Shown here one piece after another: positions 17,228 to 28,102 of a stretch of DNA of 32,000 bases. Positions within the stretch are counted from its first letter, which is position 1. Each line of letters starts with the position of its first letter. A model generated the notes under the pieces. It worked only from the letters and a program-made list of their open reading frames with translations. It made no database searches and was not told the DNA's origin. The translations under genes were made by a program, and so were the position numbers. The DNA is from Aliivibrio fischeri ES114 (lineage in GTDB: Bacteria; Pseudomonadota; Gammaproteobacteria; Enterobacterales; Vibrionaceae): the NCBI RefSeq assembly GCF_000011805.1, contig NC_006840.2; one strand, given 5' to 3'.

Positions 17228-19078
17228 ATGTTATTACAGATTGCTGAACCAGGACAAAGTGCTGTACCGCACCAACATAAACTGGCGGTAGGTATTGATT
17301 TAGGAACAACAAACTCTTTGGTTGCTTCAGTTCGAAGCGGTGAAGCTAAAACATTACCAGACATGAAAGGTAATGTTATTTTGCCATCTGTTGTTCAGTA
17401 TCAAGAAGATAAAATTTGTGTAGGCATGAATGCATACCAATCTGCAGCAATGGATCCACAAAATACCATTATTTCTGTAAAACGTTTAATGGGACGTTCA
17501 CTTAAAGATATCCAAGCTCGTTATCCTGAGCTTCCATATCAATTTTCAGAAAGTGAAAATGGATTACCAGTAATTCAAACCGCTCAAGGTGAAGTAAACC
17601 CTATTCAGGTATCATCTGAAATCTTAAAATCGTTATCACGTCGTGCTCAAGATACACTAGGTGGTGAGTTAGAAGGGGTAGTAATTACCGTTCCTGCTTA
17701 TTTTGATGATGCACAACGTGCAGGTACTAAGGATGCTGCGACATTAGCAGGTCTAAATGTTCTTCGTCTACTCAATGAGCCGACTGCAGCGGCAATCGCA
17801 TACGGTTTAGATTCAGGTCAAGAAGGTGTTATTGCCGTTTACGATTTAGGTGGTGGTACGTTTGATATTTCAATCTTACGCTTATCTAAAGGTGTATTTG
17901 AAGTGCTTGCGACTGGTGGTGATTCTGCGTTAGGCGGTGATGATTTCGACCATGTTCTAGCTCAGTGGATTAAAGAGCAAGCAGGTATTACTAGTCCGCT
18001 ATCAAGCCAAGAACAACGTGAATTATTGACATTAGCAACACAAACAAAAGTTGCATTGTCTGATAGCGATAACGTTAAGATCAGTTTTAAAGATTGGAGT
18101 GGTGAGATTAGCGTTGAGCTTTTCAATAGTCTAATTCAACCTTTGATTAAAAAGACACTAATGGCATGTCGTCGTGCACTTAAAGATGCGGATATTACTT
18201 CAGAAGAAGTGATGGAAGTGGTTATGGTTGGTGGTTCAACACGAACGCCATTTGTACGTACTTCTGTTGGTGATTACTTTGGTCAAACGCCATTAACTAG
18301 CATCGACCCAGATCAAGTTGTTGCGATTGGTGCTGCGATTCAAGCGGATATCTTAGTGGGTAATAAACCTGATTCTGAAATGTTACTGCTTGATGTTATT
18401 CCACTTTCTCTCGGTATTGAAACCATGGGTGGACTTGTTGAAAAGATCATTCCACGTAATACCACGATCCCTGTAGCAAAAGCGCAGGAGTTCACCACAT
18501 TTAAAGATGGGCAAACTGGCATGATGGTGCACGTTGTTCAAGGTGAACGAGAGATGGTTGAAGATGGTCGCTCTTTGGCTCGCTTCTCTTTAAAAGGGAT
18601 TCCACCAATGGCGGCGGGTGCTGCACATATTCGTGTAACTTATCAAGTCGATGCTGATGGTTTACTTTCTGTTACTGCAATGGAAAAGAGTACTGGCGTT
18701 CAATCTCATATCCAAGTTAAACCGTCTTATGGTTTAAGTGATAATGAGGTGGCTAATATGCTTAAAGATTCAATGACGTATGCAAAAGAAGATATGAAAG
18801 CACGTGCATTAGCTGAACAGCAAGTCGAAGCGGATCGAGTTATTGAAGGGTTAGTTGTTGCACTTAATAATGATGGTGATGCGTTACTGTCAAAAGAAGA
18901 GCAAGCTGAAATTTTACAAGCAATTGAAGCGTTAATCACATTACGTCAAGGTACTGATGCGCAAGCAATTGAAGATGGAATTAAAAAGGCTGATGAAGCA
19001 AGTCAAGAATTTGCAGCGCGTCGAATGGACGCCTCAATTCGAGCTGCATTGGCTGGTCAATCTATTGATGAGGTATAG
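17228..19078 (+). CDS. hscA: Fe-S protein assembly chaperone HscA (Hsp70 family)
   Basis: [30 protein letters not shown] closely parallels the E. coli HscA N-terminus. The length is 616 aa. Confidence 0.95.
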   Translation: MLLQIAEPGQSAVPHQHKLAVGIDLGTTNSLVASVRSGEAKTLPDMKGNVILPSVVQYQEDKICVGMNAYQSAAMDPQNTIISVKRLMGRSLKDIQARYPELPYQFSESENGLPVIQTAQGEVNPIQVSSEILKSLSRRAQDTLGGELEGVVITVPAYFDDAQRAGTKDAATLAGLNVLRLLNEPTAAAIAYGLDSGQEGVIAVYDLGGGTFDISILRLSKGVFEVLATGGDSALGGDDFDHVLAQWIKEQAGITSPLSSQEQRELLTLATQTKVALSDSDNVKISFKDWSGEISVELFNSLIQPLIKKTLMACRRALKDADITSEEVMEVVMVGGSTRTPFVRTSVGDYFGQTPLTSIDPDQVVAIGAAIQADILVGNKPDSEMLLLDVIPLSLGIETMGGLVEKIIPRNTTIPVAKAQEFTTFKDGQTGMMVHVVQGEREMVEDGRSLARFSLKGIPPMAAGAAHIRVTYQVDADGLLSVTAMEKSTGVQSHIQVKPSYGLSDNEVANMLKDSMTYAKEDMKARALAEQQVEADRVIEGLVVALNNDGDALLSKEEQAEILQAIEALITLRQGTDAQAIEDGIKKADEASQEFAARRMDASIRAALAGQSIDEV

Positions 19079-19080
19079 AA

Positions 19081-19419
19081 ATGCCAAAAATTATCGTTCT
19101 ACCACATGAAGAATTATGTCCAGAAGGGGCGGTTCTTGAAGCAAATGAAGGCGACAGTGTTTTAGATGTTGCTTTAAAAAACGGCATTGGCATTGAGCAT
19201 GCGTGTGAGAAATCATGTGCTTGTACAACATGTCACGTTATTATTCGTGAAGGCTTTGACTCACTAGAGGAAAGCGACGAATTAGAAGATGATATGTTAG
19301 ATAAAGCATGGGGACTTGAACCTGAATCTCGCTTAGGTTGCCAAGCTTTAGTTGCACAAGAAGACCTTGTGGTAGAAATTCCAAAATATACTTTAAACTT
19401 AGCATCAGAAGACCATTAA
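19081..19419 (+). CDS. fdx: ISC-system [2Fe-2S] ferredoxin
   Basis: 112 aa. The CEKSCACTTCH cysteine cluster and a later LGCQ are present. It starts 2 nt after hscA. Confidence 0.95.
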   Translation: MPKIIVLPHEELCPEGAVLEANEGDSVLDVALKNGIGIEHACEKSCACTTCHVIIREGFDSLEESDELEDDMLDKAWGLEPESRLGCQALVAQEDLVVEIPKYTLNLASEDH

Positions 19420-19451
19420 TTTTTCTTTTATTAAGCTAAAGTAGTTAAGAG

Positions 19452-19500
19452 GGCAAGTATTGAGAAGTAAGTAATTACTCCCCTCAAGCTTGCCTTTTTT
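19452..19500 (+). terminator. Extended hairpin plus T6 between fdx and iscX
   Basis: Three paired segments stack: ggcaag/cttgcc (19452-57 with 19489-94), ttgag/ctcaa (19460-64 with 19483-87) and agtaa/ttact (19466-70 with 19475-79). The run tttttt (19495-19500) follows. Confidence 0.55.
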
Positions 19501-19541
19501 ATTAGTAACAAATAGCAAATCAAAATAATAAGGAGTTTATT

Positions 19542-19742
19542 ATGAGTTTGAAATGGATTGATTCGAGAGATATTGCAATTGAATTACTTGATAAATACCC
19601 AGATACCGATCCAAAAACAGTGCGTTTTACTGATTTATACCAATGGGTATTAGAGTTAGAAGATTTTGATGATGATCCTAAGCATTCTGGTGAAAAAGTG
19701 CTAGAAGCCATCGTATTATGTTGGATGGACGAGTGGGATTAG
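19542..19742 (+). CDS. iscX: Fe-S assembly protein IscX (YfhJ)
   Basis: 66 aa and acidic. [32 protein letters not shown] matches the IscX family. AGGAG lies upstream. Confidence 0.9.
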   Translation: MSLKWIDSRDIAIELLDKYPDTDPKTVRFTDLYQWVLELEDFDDDPKHSGEKVLEAIVLCWMDEWD

Positions 19743-19972
19743 TTTTTTACCATTTATGATTCGCTTTTAGAAAGTATAAAATCCCATCACCAGCTTGGAT
19801 CTACCTCTTACATTTTAGTGAAATACCTTGTATCACTAGTGTAAAGTAGGCAAATTGTATAAAAAGATGGATGTTTTATTCATTTATAACCGGTCGACGT
19901 TCACGCAATATAAGTAATCATATGCAATTAAATGATGTTATGGAGTTATTGCGTATTTAAAGGAGATACACC

Positions 19973-21259
19973 ATGTCACAAAAGATGACTGTACAACTTT
20001 CATCAACCGCAGCCCCTGCCCATTGGGGGGACAAAGCTATATTGTCTTTTACTTCTGAAGCTGCCGTTATTCATTGTATTGAAAGTGACGTATACAGTCT
20101 TATCCAGCGAGCGGCTCGTAAATTAAATTCACAAGGTTTAACCGCTGTTGAACTTGAGGGTGTCGACTGGGACCTTGAATCTATTTGGTCATTTATTCAA
20201 GGTTTCCGTGACTCTAAAAATAGCGATGATGTGAGTTGGACTGCATTAAGTGAAAATGATGAAAAAGAGTTAAACGCTCGAATTCTAACAACGAATTGGA
20301 CTCGTCAAATCATTAATAAAACGGCTGAAGAAGTCGCTCCTCGTCAACTTGCTACTATGGCCGCAGAGTTTATTAAATCCGTTGCTCCAGAAGGCACTGT
20401 CACAACTAAGATTGTAAAAGATAAAGATCTTCTAACTCAAGGTTGGACGGGGATTTATGCCGTAGGCCGTGGCTCAGAACGTACCTCTGCAATGTTACAG
20501 TTAGACTATAACCCTACTGGAGACGAAAATGCGCCAGTATTTGCTTGTCTAGTAGGTAAAGGCATTACGTTTGATTCTGGTGGTTACAGTATTAAACCAT
20601 CAGCAGGTATGGCATCGATGAAAGCGGATATGGGAGGATCTGCATTAGTGACAGCAGGTCTTGCGATGTCGATTCTTCGTGGTTTAGATAAGCGTGTTAA
20701 GCTGATTCTATGTTGTGCTGAAAATATGATTTCAGGCCGAGCATTAAAGTTAGGTGATATCATCACTTATAAAAATGGTAAGACAGTAGAAATTCTAAAT
20801 ACGGATGCAGAAGGACGTTTAGTTTTGGCTGATGGTCTTCAGTTTGCATCAGAGCAAAAACCTGAACTTATAATTGACTGTGCGACGCTAACGGGTGCAG
20901 CGAAAATGGCTGTAGGTAATGATTTCCATTCACTATTAAGTTTTGATGAAGCATTGAGCCAAAAAGCGTTAAATGCGGCTCAAGAAGAGAATGAAGGTCT
21001 ATGGCGTTTACCATTGATGGAATTCCACCGAGCTATGCTGCCATCAAACTTTGCTGATTTAGCGAATATTGGTTCTGGCCCATATTCTCCGGGTGCAAGT
21101 ACTGCCGCAGGCTTTTTATCTTACTTTGTTGAAGATTATCAGAAAGGATGGATTCATATGGACTGCTCAGCGACGTATCGCACAGCGCCATCTGATAAGT
21201 GGGCAGCCGGTGCGACCGGAGTGGGTGTAAGAACACTTGCTAATATCTTAACTAAATAA
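19973..21259 (+). CDS. pepB: Aminopeptidase B (M17 family) PepB
   Basis: 428 aa. [16 protein letters not shown] and [12 protein letters not shown] are M17 motifs. The sequence is collinear with my recollection of E. coli PepB. A strong RBS (AAAGGAG) is present. Confidence 0.92.
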   Translation: MSQKMTVQLSSTAAPAHWGDKAILSFTSEAAVIHCIESDVYSLIQRAARKLNSQGLTAVELEGVDWDLESIWSFIQGFRDSKNSDDVSWTALSENDEKELNARILTTNWTRQIINKTAEEVAPRQLATMAAEFIKSVAPEGTVTTKIVKDKDLLTQGWTGIYAVGRGSERTSAMLQLDYNPTGDENAPVFACLVGKGITFDSGGYSIKPSAGMASMKADMGGSALVTAGLAMSILRGLDKRVKLILCCAENMISGRALKLGDIITYKNGKTVEILNTDAEGRLVLADGLQFASEQKPELIIDCATLTGAAKMAVGNDFHSLLSFDEALSQKALNAAQEENEGLWRLPLMEFHRAMLPSNFADLANIGSGPYSPGASTAAGFLSYFVEDYQKGWIHMDCSATYRTAPSDKWAAGATGVGVRTLANILTK

Positions 21260-21265
21260 TTAAAA

Positions 21266-21295
21266 TGAAGATCGAGCTCGCTCGGTCTTCTTTTT
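21266..21295 (+). terminator. Terminator after pepB
   Basis: gaagatcgag (21266-75) pairs with ctcggtcttc (21280-89) with one G-U pair. The run tttttt follows. Confidence 0.8.
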
Positions 21296-21547
21296 TAACA
21301 GCTAATTCCTATCAGTATTTATACTAATTGTAAGTAAATAATAACTGGTCATCCTAGCTTGTTAAAATACTCGATAACGGCGTTGTTTTTTTGATTTTAG
21401 AGTTACTGCTTATCGAAAAATCCCGTCTTGTTCTCAAGTCTTTTTTCTTTGCTATTTCTGAGCATTGACTTACTGTGATTGGTATTAGATAAATAAGTAC
21501 TGATTGAAATTAATATAAGAAGTAAAAGAAACCTAAAGGAAAGTAGA

Positions 21548-21982
21548 ATGACAATAGAACGTACTTTTTCAATTGTAAAACCAGATGCCGTTAAGCGTAA
21601 CTTAATTGGTGCTATTTACCGTCGTATTGAAAAAACAGGTATGCAAATCGTTGCTGCTAAAATGCTTCGTTTAACTAAAGAACAAGCAGAAGGCTTTTAT
21701 GCTGAGCATGAAGGAAAAGAGTTTTTTGATGAATTAGTGGCATACATGATGTCAGGACCTGTAATGGTTCAAGTTCTTGAAGGTGAAAATGCGGTTGTAC
21801 GCTACCGTGAGCTAATGGGTAAAACTAACCCAGAAGAAGCAGCGTGTGGCTCACTACGAGCGGATTATGCAATTAGCATGCGTTACAACTCTGTTCACGG
21901 TGCTGATAGCCCAGAATCTGCAGCACGTGAGATTGCGTATTTCTTTGCTGAAGATGAAATCTGCCCACGTCCAGCGGAATAA
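21548..21982 (+). CDS. ndk: Nucleoside diphosphate kinase
   Basis: [15 protein letters not shown] and the NSVHGADS active-site His region are present. The length is 144 aa. Confidence 0.95.
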   Translation: MTIERTFSIVKPDAVKRNLIGAIYRRIEKTGMQIVAAKMLRLTKEQAEGFYAEHEGKEFFDELVAYMMSGPVMVQVLEGENAVVRYRELMGKTNPEEAACGSLRADYAISMRYNSVHGADSPESAAREIAYFFAEDEICPRPAE

Positions 21983-22007
21983 TAGGGACGAAAGCCTAAA
22001 ACGCTTG

Positions 22008-22043
22008 CAAGCTCCCTAAAGAATAACGGGAGCTTGTTTTGTT
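22008..22043 (+). terminator. Terminator after ndk
   Basis: caagctccc (22008-16) pairs with gggagcttg (22028-36). The sequence ttttgtt follows. Confidence 0.8.
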
Positions 22044-22113
22044 GAATGCTAGAACATTGTAATTAATTTCAGAATCATTTTTCTTTTTTGTAGAGACTCT
22101 ACATTCTCTCACT

Positions 22114-22141
22114 TGAACCTCGAACCTCGAACCTCGAACCC
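22114..22141. repeat. Heptanucleotide tandem repeat (CGAACCT)x4
   Basis: tgaacct cgaacct cgaacct cgaaccc. The two central copies are perfect and the outer copies each have one mismatch. It lies 75-100 bp upstream of rlmN. Confidence 0.9.
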
Positions 22142-22215
22142 CTAGTAATATCCTCCCAAAGGCTGTACAATTCTGCGCCCATATTCGCGGTGATGTCATT
22201 TATCAGAGAGGCAAC

Positions 22216-23334
22216 ATGACTACAGCTAAAATCAATCTACTGGACTTTGATCGTAAAGGACTTCGAGCATTTTTTTCTGAGGAATTAGGAGAGAAAGCCT
22301 TCCGTGCAGATCAAGTAATGAAGTGGATGTATCACTTTGGTTGTGATGACTTCGATCAAATGAACAACATCAATAAAAAGCTTCGTGAAAAACTAAAGCA
22401 TAAGTGTGAAATTCGCGCACCTTACGTATCAGAAGCACAGCATTCATCTGATGGCACGATTAAGTGGGCGATGAAAGTTGGCGATCAAGACGTAGAAACG
22501 GTATACATCCCTGATGGTGACCGTGCAACGCTTTGTGTATCTTCACAGGTTGGTTGTGCATTAGAATGTAAATTCTGTTCAACAGCTCAACAAGGCTTTA
22601 ACCGTAACCTAAAAGTTTCTGAGATTGTGGGTCAAATCTGGCGTGCAGCTCGTGAAATTGGTCTAGAAAAAGAAACGGGTCGTCGTCCAATTACTAACGT
22701 CGTAATGATGGGGATGGGTGAGCCATTACTTAACATGAAAAACCTAATTCCAGCATTAGAAATTATGCTAGATGATTTAGGTTTTGCTCTATCTAAGCGT
22801 CGTGTAACTGTTTCTACATCAGGTGTTGTTTCTGGTCTTGACCAAATGACAGGTAAAATTGATGTTGCATTAGCGATTTCGCTGCATGCACCAACTGATG
22901 AACTTCGTAGCCAAATTATGCCTATCAACGATCGTTGGGATATTGATGCGTTTTTAGCTTCAGTTCGTCGTTACATTGCATCATCAAATGCAAACCGTGG
23001 TCGTGTAACGGTTGAGTATGTTCTTCTTGATCATGTTAATGACGATATGGATCATGCAAGACAACTCGCAGAATTGCTAAAAGATACGCCTGCGAAGATT
23101 AATTTGATTCCATTTAACCCTTATCCTGGGTCACCATATAAGAAACCAAGTAACTCACGTATTGATCGTTTCATGAAAACCTTAATGGAATACGACTATA
23201 CCGTGACAATTCGTAAAACTCGTGGCGATGATATCGATGCTGCTTGTGGTCAATTAGTTGGTGATGTAATCGACAGAACTAAACGCACTAAAGTTAAACA
23301 GCAAGGTGAGGCAATCCCTGTAAAAACTGTTTAA
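22216..23334 (+). CDS. rlmN: Dual-specificity 23S rRNA/tRNA adenine-C2 methyltransferase RlmN (radical SAM)
   Basis: 372 aa. The CALECKFCS radical-SAM motif (CxxxCxxC) and MGMGEPL are present, along with a C-terminal [11 protein letters not shown]. Confidence 0.95.
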   Translation: MTTAKINLLDFDRKGLRAFFSEELGEKAFRADQVMKWMYHFGCDDFDQMNNINKKLREKLKHKCEIRAPYVSEAQHSSDGTIKWAMKVGDQDVETVYIPDGDRATLCVSSQVGCALECKFCSTAQQGFNRNLKVSEIVGQIWRAAREIGLEKETGRRPITNVVMMGMGEPLLNMKNLIPALEIMLDDLGFALSKRRVTVSTSGVVSGLDQMTGKIDVALAISLHAPTDELRSQIMPINDRWDIDAFLASVRRYIASSNANRGRVTVEYVLLDHVNDDMDHARQLAELLKDTPAKINLIPFNPYPGSPYKKPSNSRIDRFMKTLMEYDYTVTIRKTRGDDIDAACGQLVGDVIDRTKRTKVKQQGEAIPVKTV

Positions 23335-23364
23335 TCTTGGTGTATTACAGCAAGGGAAGGCAGG

Positions 23365-24136
23365 ATGAGAAAATGGAGTGCAGCACTATTAACGATTGGA
23401 TTGTTAACAAGTGCTGGTTGCGTCACTGTTGACGAAGCCGATGAAATGACCAAAGAAGAGGTAATTCGAGCTGCTGAAGCTCGAATTACACTTGGATTAA
23501 GCTACTTAAATGCGGGCGATATGATGAAAGCTCGCGAGAATTTGGAACTGGCTGTACAATACGCTCCCGACTATTACCGCTCTCAAACCTCCCTCGCTTA
23601 TTATTATCAACAAGTAGAAGAAGACGATTTAGCTGAAAAGGCATACAAACGAGCATTACGTTATTCGTCAAAAAATGGTAATGTATTAAATAACTACGGC
23701 GTTTTTCTATGTAAAAAGGGCCGATATGAGGAAGCTCAAGAGAAGTTTACTCAAGCAATAGACCAACCTTACTACTATCTTGTCTCGGCAAGTTATGAAA
23801 ATGCAGCGATGTGCGCATTAAGTAGTGGGGATAAAGTGACAGCAAAAAGGTATTTTGAGCGCTCGTTGGCTCATGATCCGAATCGGATTCGCTCGACCCT
23901 TCAATTGGCTAAATTGAATATTGACGAAGGTAACTATTCAGAACCGAGAATTTCGCTGTTTAAATTTAATAAGAAGTACGGATACAAACCCGTTTAGCCT
24001 AAGCTTACTCATAGAATTAGAAAAAAAAGCAGGCAATGCGCATTTAGTTAAAAAATACGCAAATATTCTGGGGAAAGAGTATCCGGACTCGCGAGAATAT
24101 CAGAATTATATAAATCATGACGACAGAACATATTGA
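23365..24136 (+). pseudogene. pilW: Type IV pilus biogenesis/stability TPR lipoprotein PilW (PilF-like), interrupted by a +1 frameshift
   Basis: The frame-1 ORF (23365-23997) carries a lipoprotein-like signal (LLTSAGC) and TPR repeats collinear with my recollection of P. aeruginosa PilF. It stops at ...KKYGYKPV*. The expected C-terminus (FSLSLLIELEKKAGNAHLVKKYANILGKEYPDSREYQNY, compare PilF ...SLLLGIRLAK...LKRLYPGSLEYQEF) continues in frame 2 through 24136. Confidence 0.75.
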
Positions 24137-25031
24137 AGAAACAGTAGAAACATTTATCGCACCTGGCCTATTACTAAAAGAGGCTCGTAAAGAATTAAAT
24201 TTAACGCTTGAGGATATCTCTTCGCGTTTACGATTACGTGTGGAAGTACTAGAACAGATAGAAGCAGATCAATTTGACATGGGTAAACTAGCCACGTTTA
24301 CCCGTGGTTACTACCGTTCATACGCTAAAGTAGTAAATGTTCCTGAACAAAAAGTACTTGATGCGTTAGATCAACTTGGTAAAGCACAAATTGAACAACA
24401 TGATATGCAAAGTTTTTCTCGTAAAACGAAGAGAGATAAACACGATAACCGCATTATGAAACTAACATGGGTTATTTTTGCGTTGATCTTAGGTATGTCT
24501 GTATTGTGGTGGTGGCAAGAGCAAGCACAACTTGAAAGTGCCAATGATGCTGAGTTAATTGCAGAAGTTGAAACCGCTAAATCAATGGAACAAGTTGAAG
24601 AAAATAAAACTGATGCACCTCAAACTGAAGAAACAGCACCAACATTAGATGAGGCTGAAATGCTTCAACTAGATACTAATATTTCAGAGCTAGAGACTGA
24701 CTCGAAAACGCTTGAAAAAGAAACCATCAAAGAGTCTGAAGCTCCTGTAGAAATCAAAAAAGAAGAACCAGTAGCTGAAAAAGCCGTTGTTACGGAAGAT
24801 GTTGTAATGACATTTAGTAGCGACTGCTGGTTACAAGTACAAGACGCTTCAAATAATCGCCTATACTCAGGTGTGAAAAAATCGAATCAAACACTAAAAT
24901 TAACAGGTAAAGCACCTTATAAATTAGTTATTGGCGCTCCAAGTGCGGTAACACTTACTTATAAAGGCAAACCAGTTGATTTATCTGTATACCCTGCAGG
25001 TAAAGTTGCACGATTAACCCTACCTCAATAA
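24117..25031 (+). CDS. rodZ: Cytoskeleton protein RodZ
   Basis: It has an N-terminal XRE-type HTH (LLKEARKELNLTLEDISSRLRL), a single TM segment (LTWVIFALILGMSVLWWW), an E/K/T-rich linker and a C-terminal beta domain. The position between pilW and ispG is conserved. Confidence 0.9.
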   Translation: MTTEHIEETVETFIAPGLLLKEARKELNLTLEDISSRLRLRVEVLEQIEADQFDMGKLATFTRGYYRSYAKVVNVPEQKVLDALDQLGKAQIEQHDMQSFSRKTKRDKHDNRIMKLTWVIFALILGMSVLWWWQEQAQLESANDAELIAEVETAKSMEQVEENKTDAPQTEETAPTLDEAEMLQLDTNISELETDSKTLEKETIKESEAPVEIKKEEPVAEKAVVTEDVVMTFSSDCWLQVQDASNNRLYSGVKKSNQTLKLTGKAPYKLVIGAPSAVTLTYKGKPVDLSVYPAGKVARLTLPQ

Positions 25032-25043
25032 TGAGTTGATTCC

Positions 25044-26162
25044 ATGCATATAGAGTCCCCAATTAAACGTCGTCAATCTACTCGCATTTATGTGGGTAAT
25101 GTTCCTATTGGTGATGGTGCTCCCATTGCCGTTCAATCAATGACGAATACACGTACTACTGATGTAGATGCCACTGTTGCTCAAATTAAGTCTCTTGAAA
25201 AAGTAGGCGCAGATATTGTTCGAGTTTCTGTACCGACAATGGACGCTGCTGAAGCATTCAAAGTAATTAAACAACAGGTATCAGTTCCACTGGTTGCTGA
25301 TATTCATTTTGACTACCGTATTGCTCTTCAAGTTGCGGAGTATGGTGTTGATTGTTTACGTATTAACCCTGGTAATATTGGTAATGAACAGCGTATTCGC
25401 TCAGTAGTTGATTGCGCTCGTGATAAAAACATTCCAATTCGAATTGGTGTTAACGGCGGCTCATTAGAAAAAGACATTCAAGCGAAATACAAAGAACCAA
25501 CAGCTGAAGCATTATTAGAATCAGCAATGCGTCATGTTGATATTTTAGACCGTCTTAATTTTGATCAATTTAAAGTAAGTGTAAAAGCATCAGATGTTTT
25601 CCTTGCGGTTGATTCATATCGTCTATTAGCAAAACAAATTGCTCAGCCATTACATTTAGGCATTACTGAAGCGGGTGGTGCTCGTGCAGGTTCTGTTAAA
25701 TCAGCGGTTGGTTTGGGTATGCTGTTATCTGAAGGTATCGGTGACACATTACGCATTTCTTTAGCTGCGGATCCCGTTGAAGAGATCAAAGTTGGTTTTG
25801 ATATCTTAAAATCATTGCGTATTCGTTCTCGTGGTATTAACTTCATTGCTTGTCCTACGTGCTCTCGTCAAGAGTTCGATGTGATAGCAACAGTGAATGA
25901 GCTTGAGCAACGTTTAGAAGATTTAATCACACCAATGGATGTCTCTCTTATTGGATGTGTAGTAAATGGCCCTGGTGAAGCTGAAGTTTCGCATATGGGT
26001 ATCGCGGGAAGTAACCGTAAGAGTGCTTTTTATGAAGACGGAGTACGTCAGAAAGAGCGCTTTGATAACGACAACATTGTTGATCAGCTAGAAGCAAAGA
26101 TCCGCGCAAAAGCGGCAACGTTATCAAAAGAAAACCAAATTGATATCAATCAGATCGACTGA
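25044..26162 (+). CDS. ispG: 4-hydroxy-3-methylbut-2-enyl diphosphate synthase IspG
   Basis: 372 aa. [28 protein letters not shown], and the Cys ligands in [10 protein letters not shown] and GCVVNGPGE. Confidence 0.95.
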   Translation: MHIESPIKRRQSTRIYVGNVPIGDGAPIAVQSMTNTRTTDVDATVAQIKSLEKVGADIVRVSVPTMDAAEAFKVIKQQVSVPLVADIHFDYRIALQVAEYGVDCLRINPGNIGNEQRIRSVVDCARDKNIPIRIGVNGGSLEKDIQAKYKEPTAEALLESAMRHVDILDRLNFDQFKVSVKASDVFLAVDSYRLLAKQIAQPLHLGITEAGGARAGSVKSAVGLGMLLSEGIGDTLRISLAADPVEEIKVGFDILKSLRIRSRGINFIACPTCSRQEFDVIATVNELEQRLEDLITPMDVSLIGCVVNGPGEAEVSHMGIAGSNRKSAFYEDGVRQKERFDNDNIVDQLEAKIRAKAATLSKENQIDINQID

Positions 26163-26200
26163 TTGGTAGTAGATATAAACAAACCCATTGGGAAGTAAAC

Positions 26201-27469
26201 GTGGCTAAAACAATCCAAGCAATTCGAGGCATGAATGATTGCCTTCCAACACAGTCTCCATTGTGGCAAAAAGTTGAAGGTAGCGTAAAACGCGTTATCA
26301 GCGCATATGGTTATAACGAAGTTCGTATGCCAATTGTTGAGCAAACTCATCTATTTAAACGCGCTATCGGTGAAGTAACTGATGTTGTAGAAAAAGAGAT
26401 GTATACGTTTGAAGACCGTAATGGCGATAGCTTGACTCTTCGTCCAGAAGGTACAGCGGGTTGTGTTCGTGCAGGTATTGAAAATGGTTTACTGTACAAC
26501 CAAGAGCAACGTTTATGGTACATGGGTCCAATGTTCCGTCATGAACGTCCTCAAAAAGGTCGTTACCGTCAATTCCACCAAGTAGGTGTTGAAGTTTTTG
26601 GCTTAAATGGTCCTGATGTTGATGCTGAATTGATCATGATGACAGCTCGTTTATGGCGTGAATTAGGTATCGATCAACACGTTCGTTTAGAGTTGAACTC
26701 AATTGGTTCACTAGAAGCTCGTGCTAACTACCGTACAGCATTAGTTGCTTTCTTAGAGCAGCATTTAGATGTATTAGATGAAGATTGTAAGCGTCGTATG
26801 CACACAAACCCAATGCGTGTATTAGATACTAAGAACCCTGATGTTCAAGCTATTTTAGGTGATGCACCTAAGCTATCAGAATACTTAGATGACGATTCTA
26901 AAGCACATTTTTCTGGATTATGTGAACTACTTGACGCTGCTGGCATCCAATATCAAGTTAATGAACGTTTAGTTCGCGGTTTAGATTATTATAACCGTAC
27001 TGTTTTTGAGTGGATTACTGAAAGTCTAGGCGCTCAAGGTACAGTATGTGGTGGTGGTCGTTACGATGGTCTAGTTGAGCAGCTTGGTGGTAAAACAACA
27101 CCAGCAGTTGGCTTTGCTATGGGCTTAGAACGTCTTGTTCTTCTAATGGAAACATTAGAATTAACAGATGTTCGTCGTTCTGTTGACGTATACATGGTAA
27201 CCGCTGGTGAAGGTACACTTATGGCTGGTATGAAACTGGCTGAATCACTACGTGAACAAGTTCCAGGCTTACGAGTTATGTGTCACTTTGGTGGTGGTAA
27301 TTTTAAAAAGCAATTTAAACGTGCTGATAATGCAGGTGCAGCAGTAGCCCTAATCCTAGGTGAAACTGAAGTTGCAGAGCAAACAGTTAACGTTAAAGAT
27401 CTACGTAATGGCGAGCAAGTGACTCTGCCACAATCAGACGTATTCACAAAATTAGCTGAATTGATTTAA
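26201..27469 (+). CDS. hisS: Histidine--tRNA ligase
   Basis: GTG start. (M)[37 protein letters not shown] and GGGRYDGL are class II HisRS motifs. Confidence 0.95.
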   Translation: MAKTIQAIRGMNDCLPTQSPLWQKVEGSVKRVISAYGYNEVRMPIVEQTHLFKRAIGEVTDVVEKEMYTFEDRNGDSLTLRPEGTAGCVRAGIENGLLYNQEQRLWYMGPMFRHERPQKGRYRQFHQVGVEVFGLNGPDVDAELIMMTARLWRELGIDQHVRLELNSIGSLEARANYRTALVAFLEQHLDVLDEDCKRRMHTNPMRVLDTKNPDVQAILGDAPKLSEYLDDDSKAHFSGLCELLDAAGIQYQVNERLVRGLDYYNRTVFEWITESLGAQGTVCGGGRYDGLVEQLGGKTTPAVGFAMGLERLVLLMETLELTDVRRSVDVYMVTAGEGTLMAGMKLAESLREQVPGLRVMCHFGGGNFKKQFKRADNAGAAVALILGETEVAEQTVNVKDLRNGEQVTLPQSDVFTKLAELI

Positions 27470-27480
27470 GAGGATAGGAC

Positions 27481-28092
27481 GTGGAAGCCTACGAAACTGA
27501 AGAACAACAAGTTGAAGCCATTAAAAGTTGGTGGAAAGAAAATGGCAAGGCTGTCGTTATTGGTGGTGTTGTTGGTATTGGTGCAATCTTGGGTTGGAAA
27601 TATTACCAATCATCGCAGATCACTGCGAAAGAAACAGCTTCTGCTGCCTATGAAAGAGCGCTAACTGCGTTACAAGCTTCTGGTGCAGATGCGGTTGAAT
27701 CTACACAAGCATTTATTGATGCAAATAAAAGCAGTGAATATGCATCATTAGCGGCACTTCAGTTAGCTAAAGTACAAGTAGAAGCTGGTCAACTTGAAAA
27801 TGCGCTTGAGCAATTAAATTGGGTTGCTAGTAACAGCAAAGACGAATCATTAACAGCAATGGCTCAAGTTCGTTCTGCTCGTATTCAAGCAGAACAAGGT
27901 AACTTTGATGCTGCATTAGCAACATTAGCTAATGTTAAACCAGCAAGCTGGGCTGCTCGTGTTGCTGAATTAAAAGGTGACATTGCACTTCGTCAAGGTG
28001 ATATCGCTACAGCTCGTTCTTCTTATACTGAAGCACTTCAAGCTGGCATGAACCAAGCAGTTCAAATGAAACTGGATGATTTAGCTGAGTAA
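27481..28092 (+). CDS. yfgM: YfgM-family membrane-anchored TPR-like protein (ancillary SecYEG subunit)
   Basis: GTG start. EEQQVEAIKSWWKENGKAVVIGGVVGIG (N-terminal anchor) is followed by an Ala-rich helical domain. The position between hisS and bamB is conserved. Confidence 0.85.
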   Translation: MEAYETEEQQVEAIKSWWKENGKAVVIGGVVGIGAILGWKYYQSSQITAKETASAAYERALTALQASGADAVESTQAFIDANKSSEYASLAALQLAKVQVEAGQLENALEQLNWVASNSKDESLTAMAQVRSARIQAEQGNFDAALATLANVKPASWAARVAELKGDIALRQGDIATARSSYTEALQAGMNQAVQMKLDDLAE

Positions 28093-28102
28093 GGACAACT
28101 GA

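Noticed and set aside
22114-22141. Short tandem repeat considered as a CRISPR or other spaced repeat array
   Set aside because: The units are 7 nt long and directly abutting with no spacers. There are no cas genes in the window, and the total length is only 28 bp.
21996-22199. 67-aa ORF on the minus strand covering the ndk-rlmN intergenic region
   Set aside because: It spans the ndk terminator and the heptamer repeat, and no RBS is present. The intergenic signals (terminator, repeat, promoter-like hexamers) explain the region better.
23921-24136. 71-aa ORF treated as an independent small gene
   Set aside because: Its C-terminal two thirds are the missing conserved C-terminus of PilW/PilF. 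Its N-terminal part is only the alternative-frame read of pilW. It is better explained as the downstream part of a frameshifted pilW.
24540-24800. E/K/T-rich low-complexity region in RodZ
   Set aside because: A variable, charged periplasmic linker between the TM segment and the C-terminal domain is typical of RodZ proteins.
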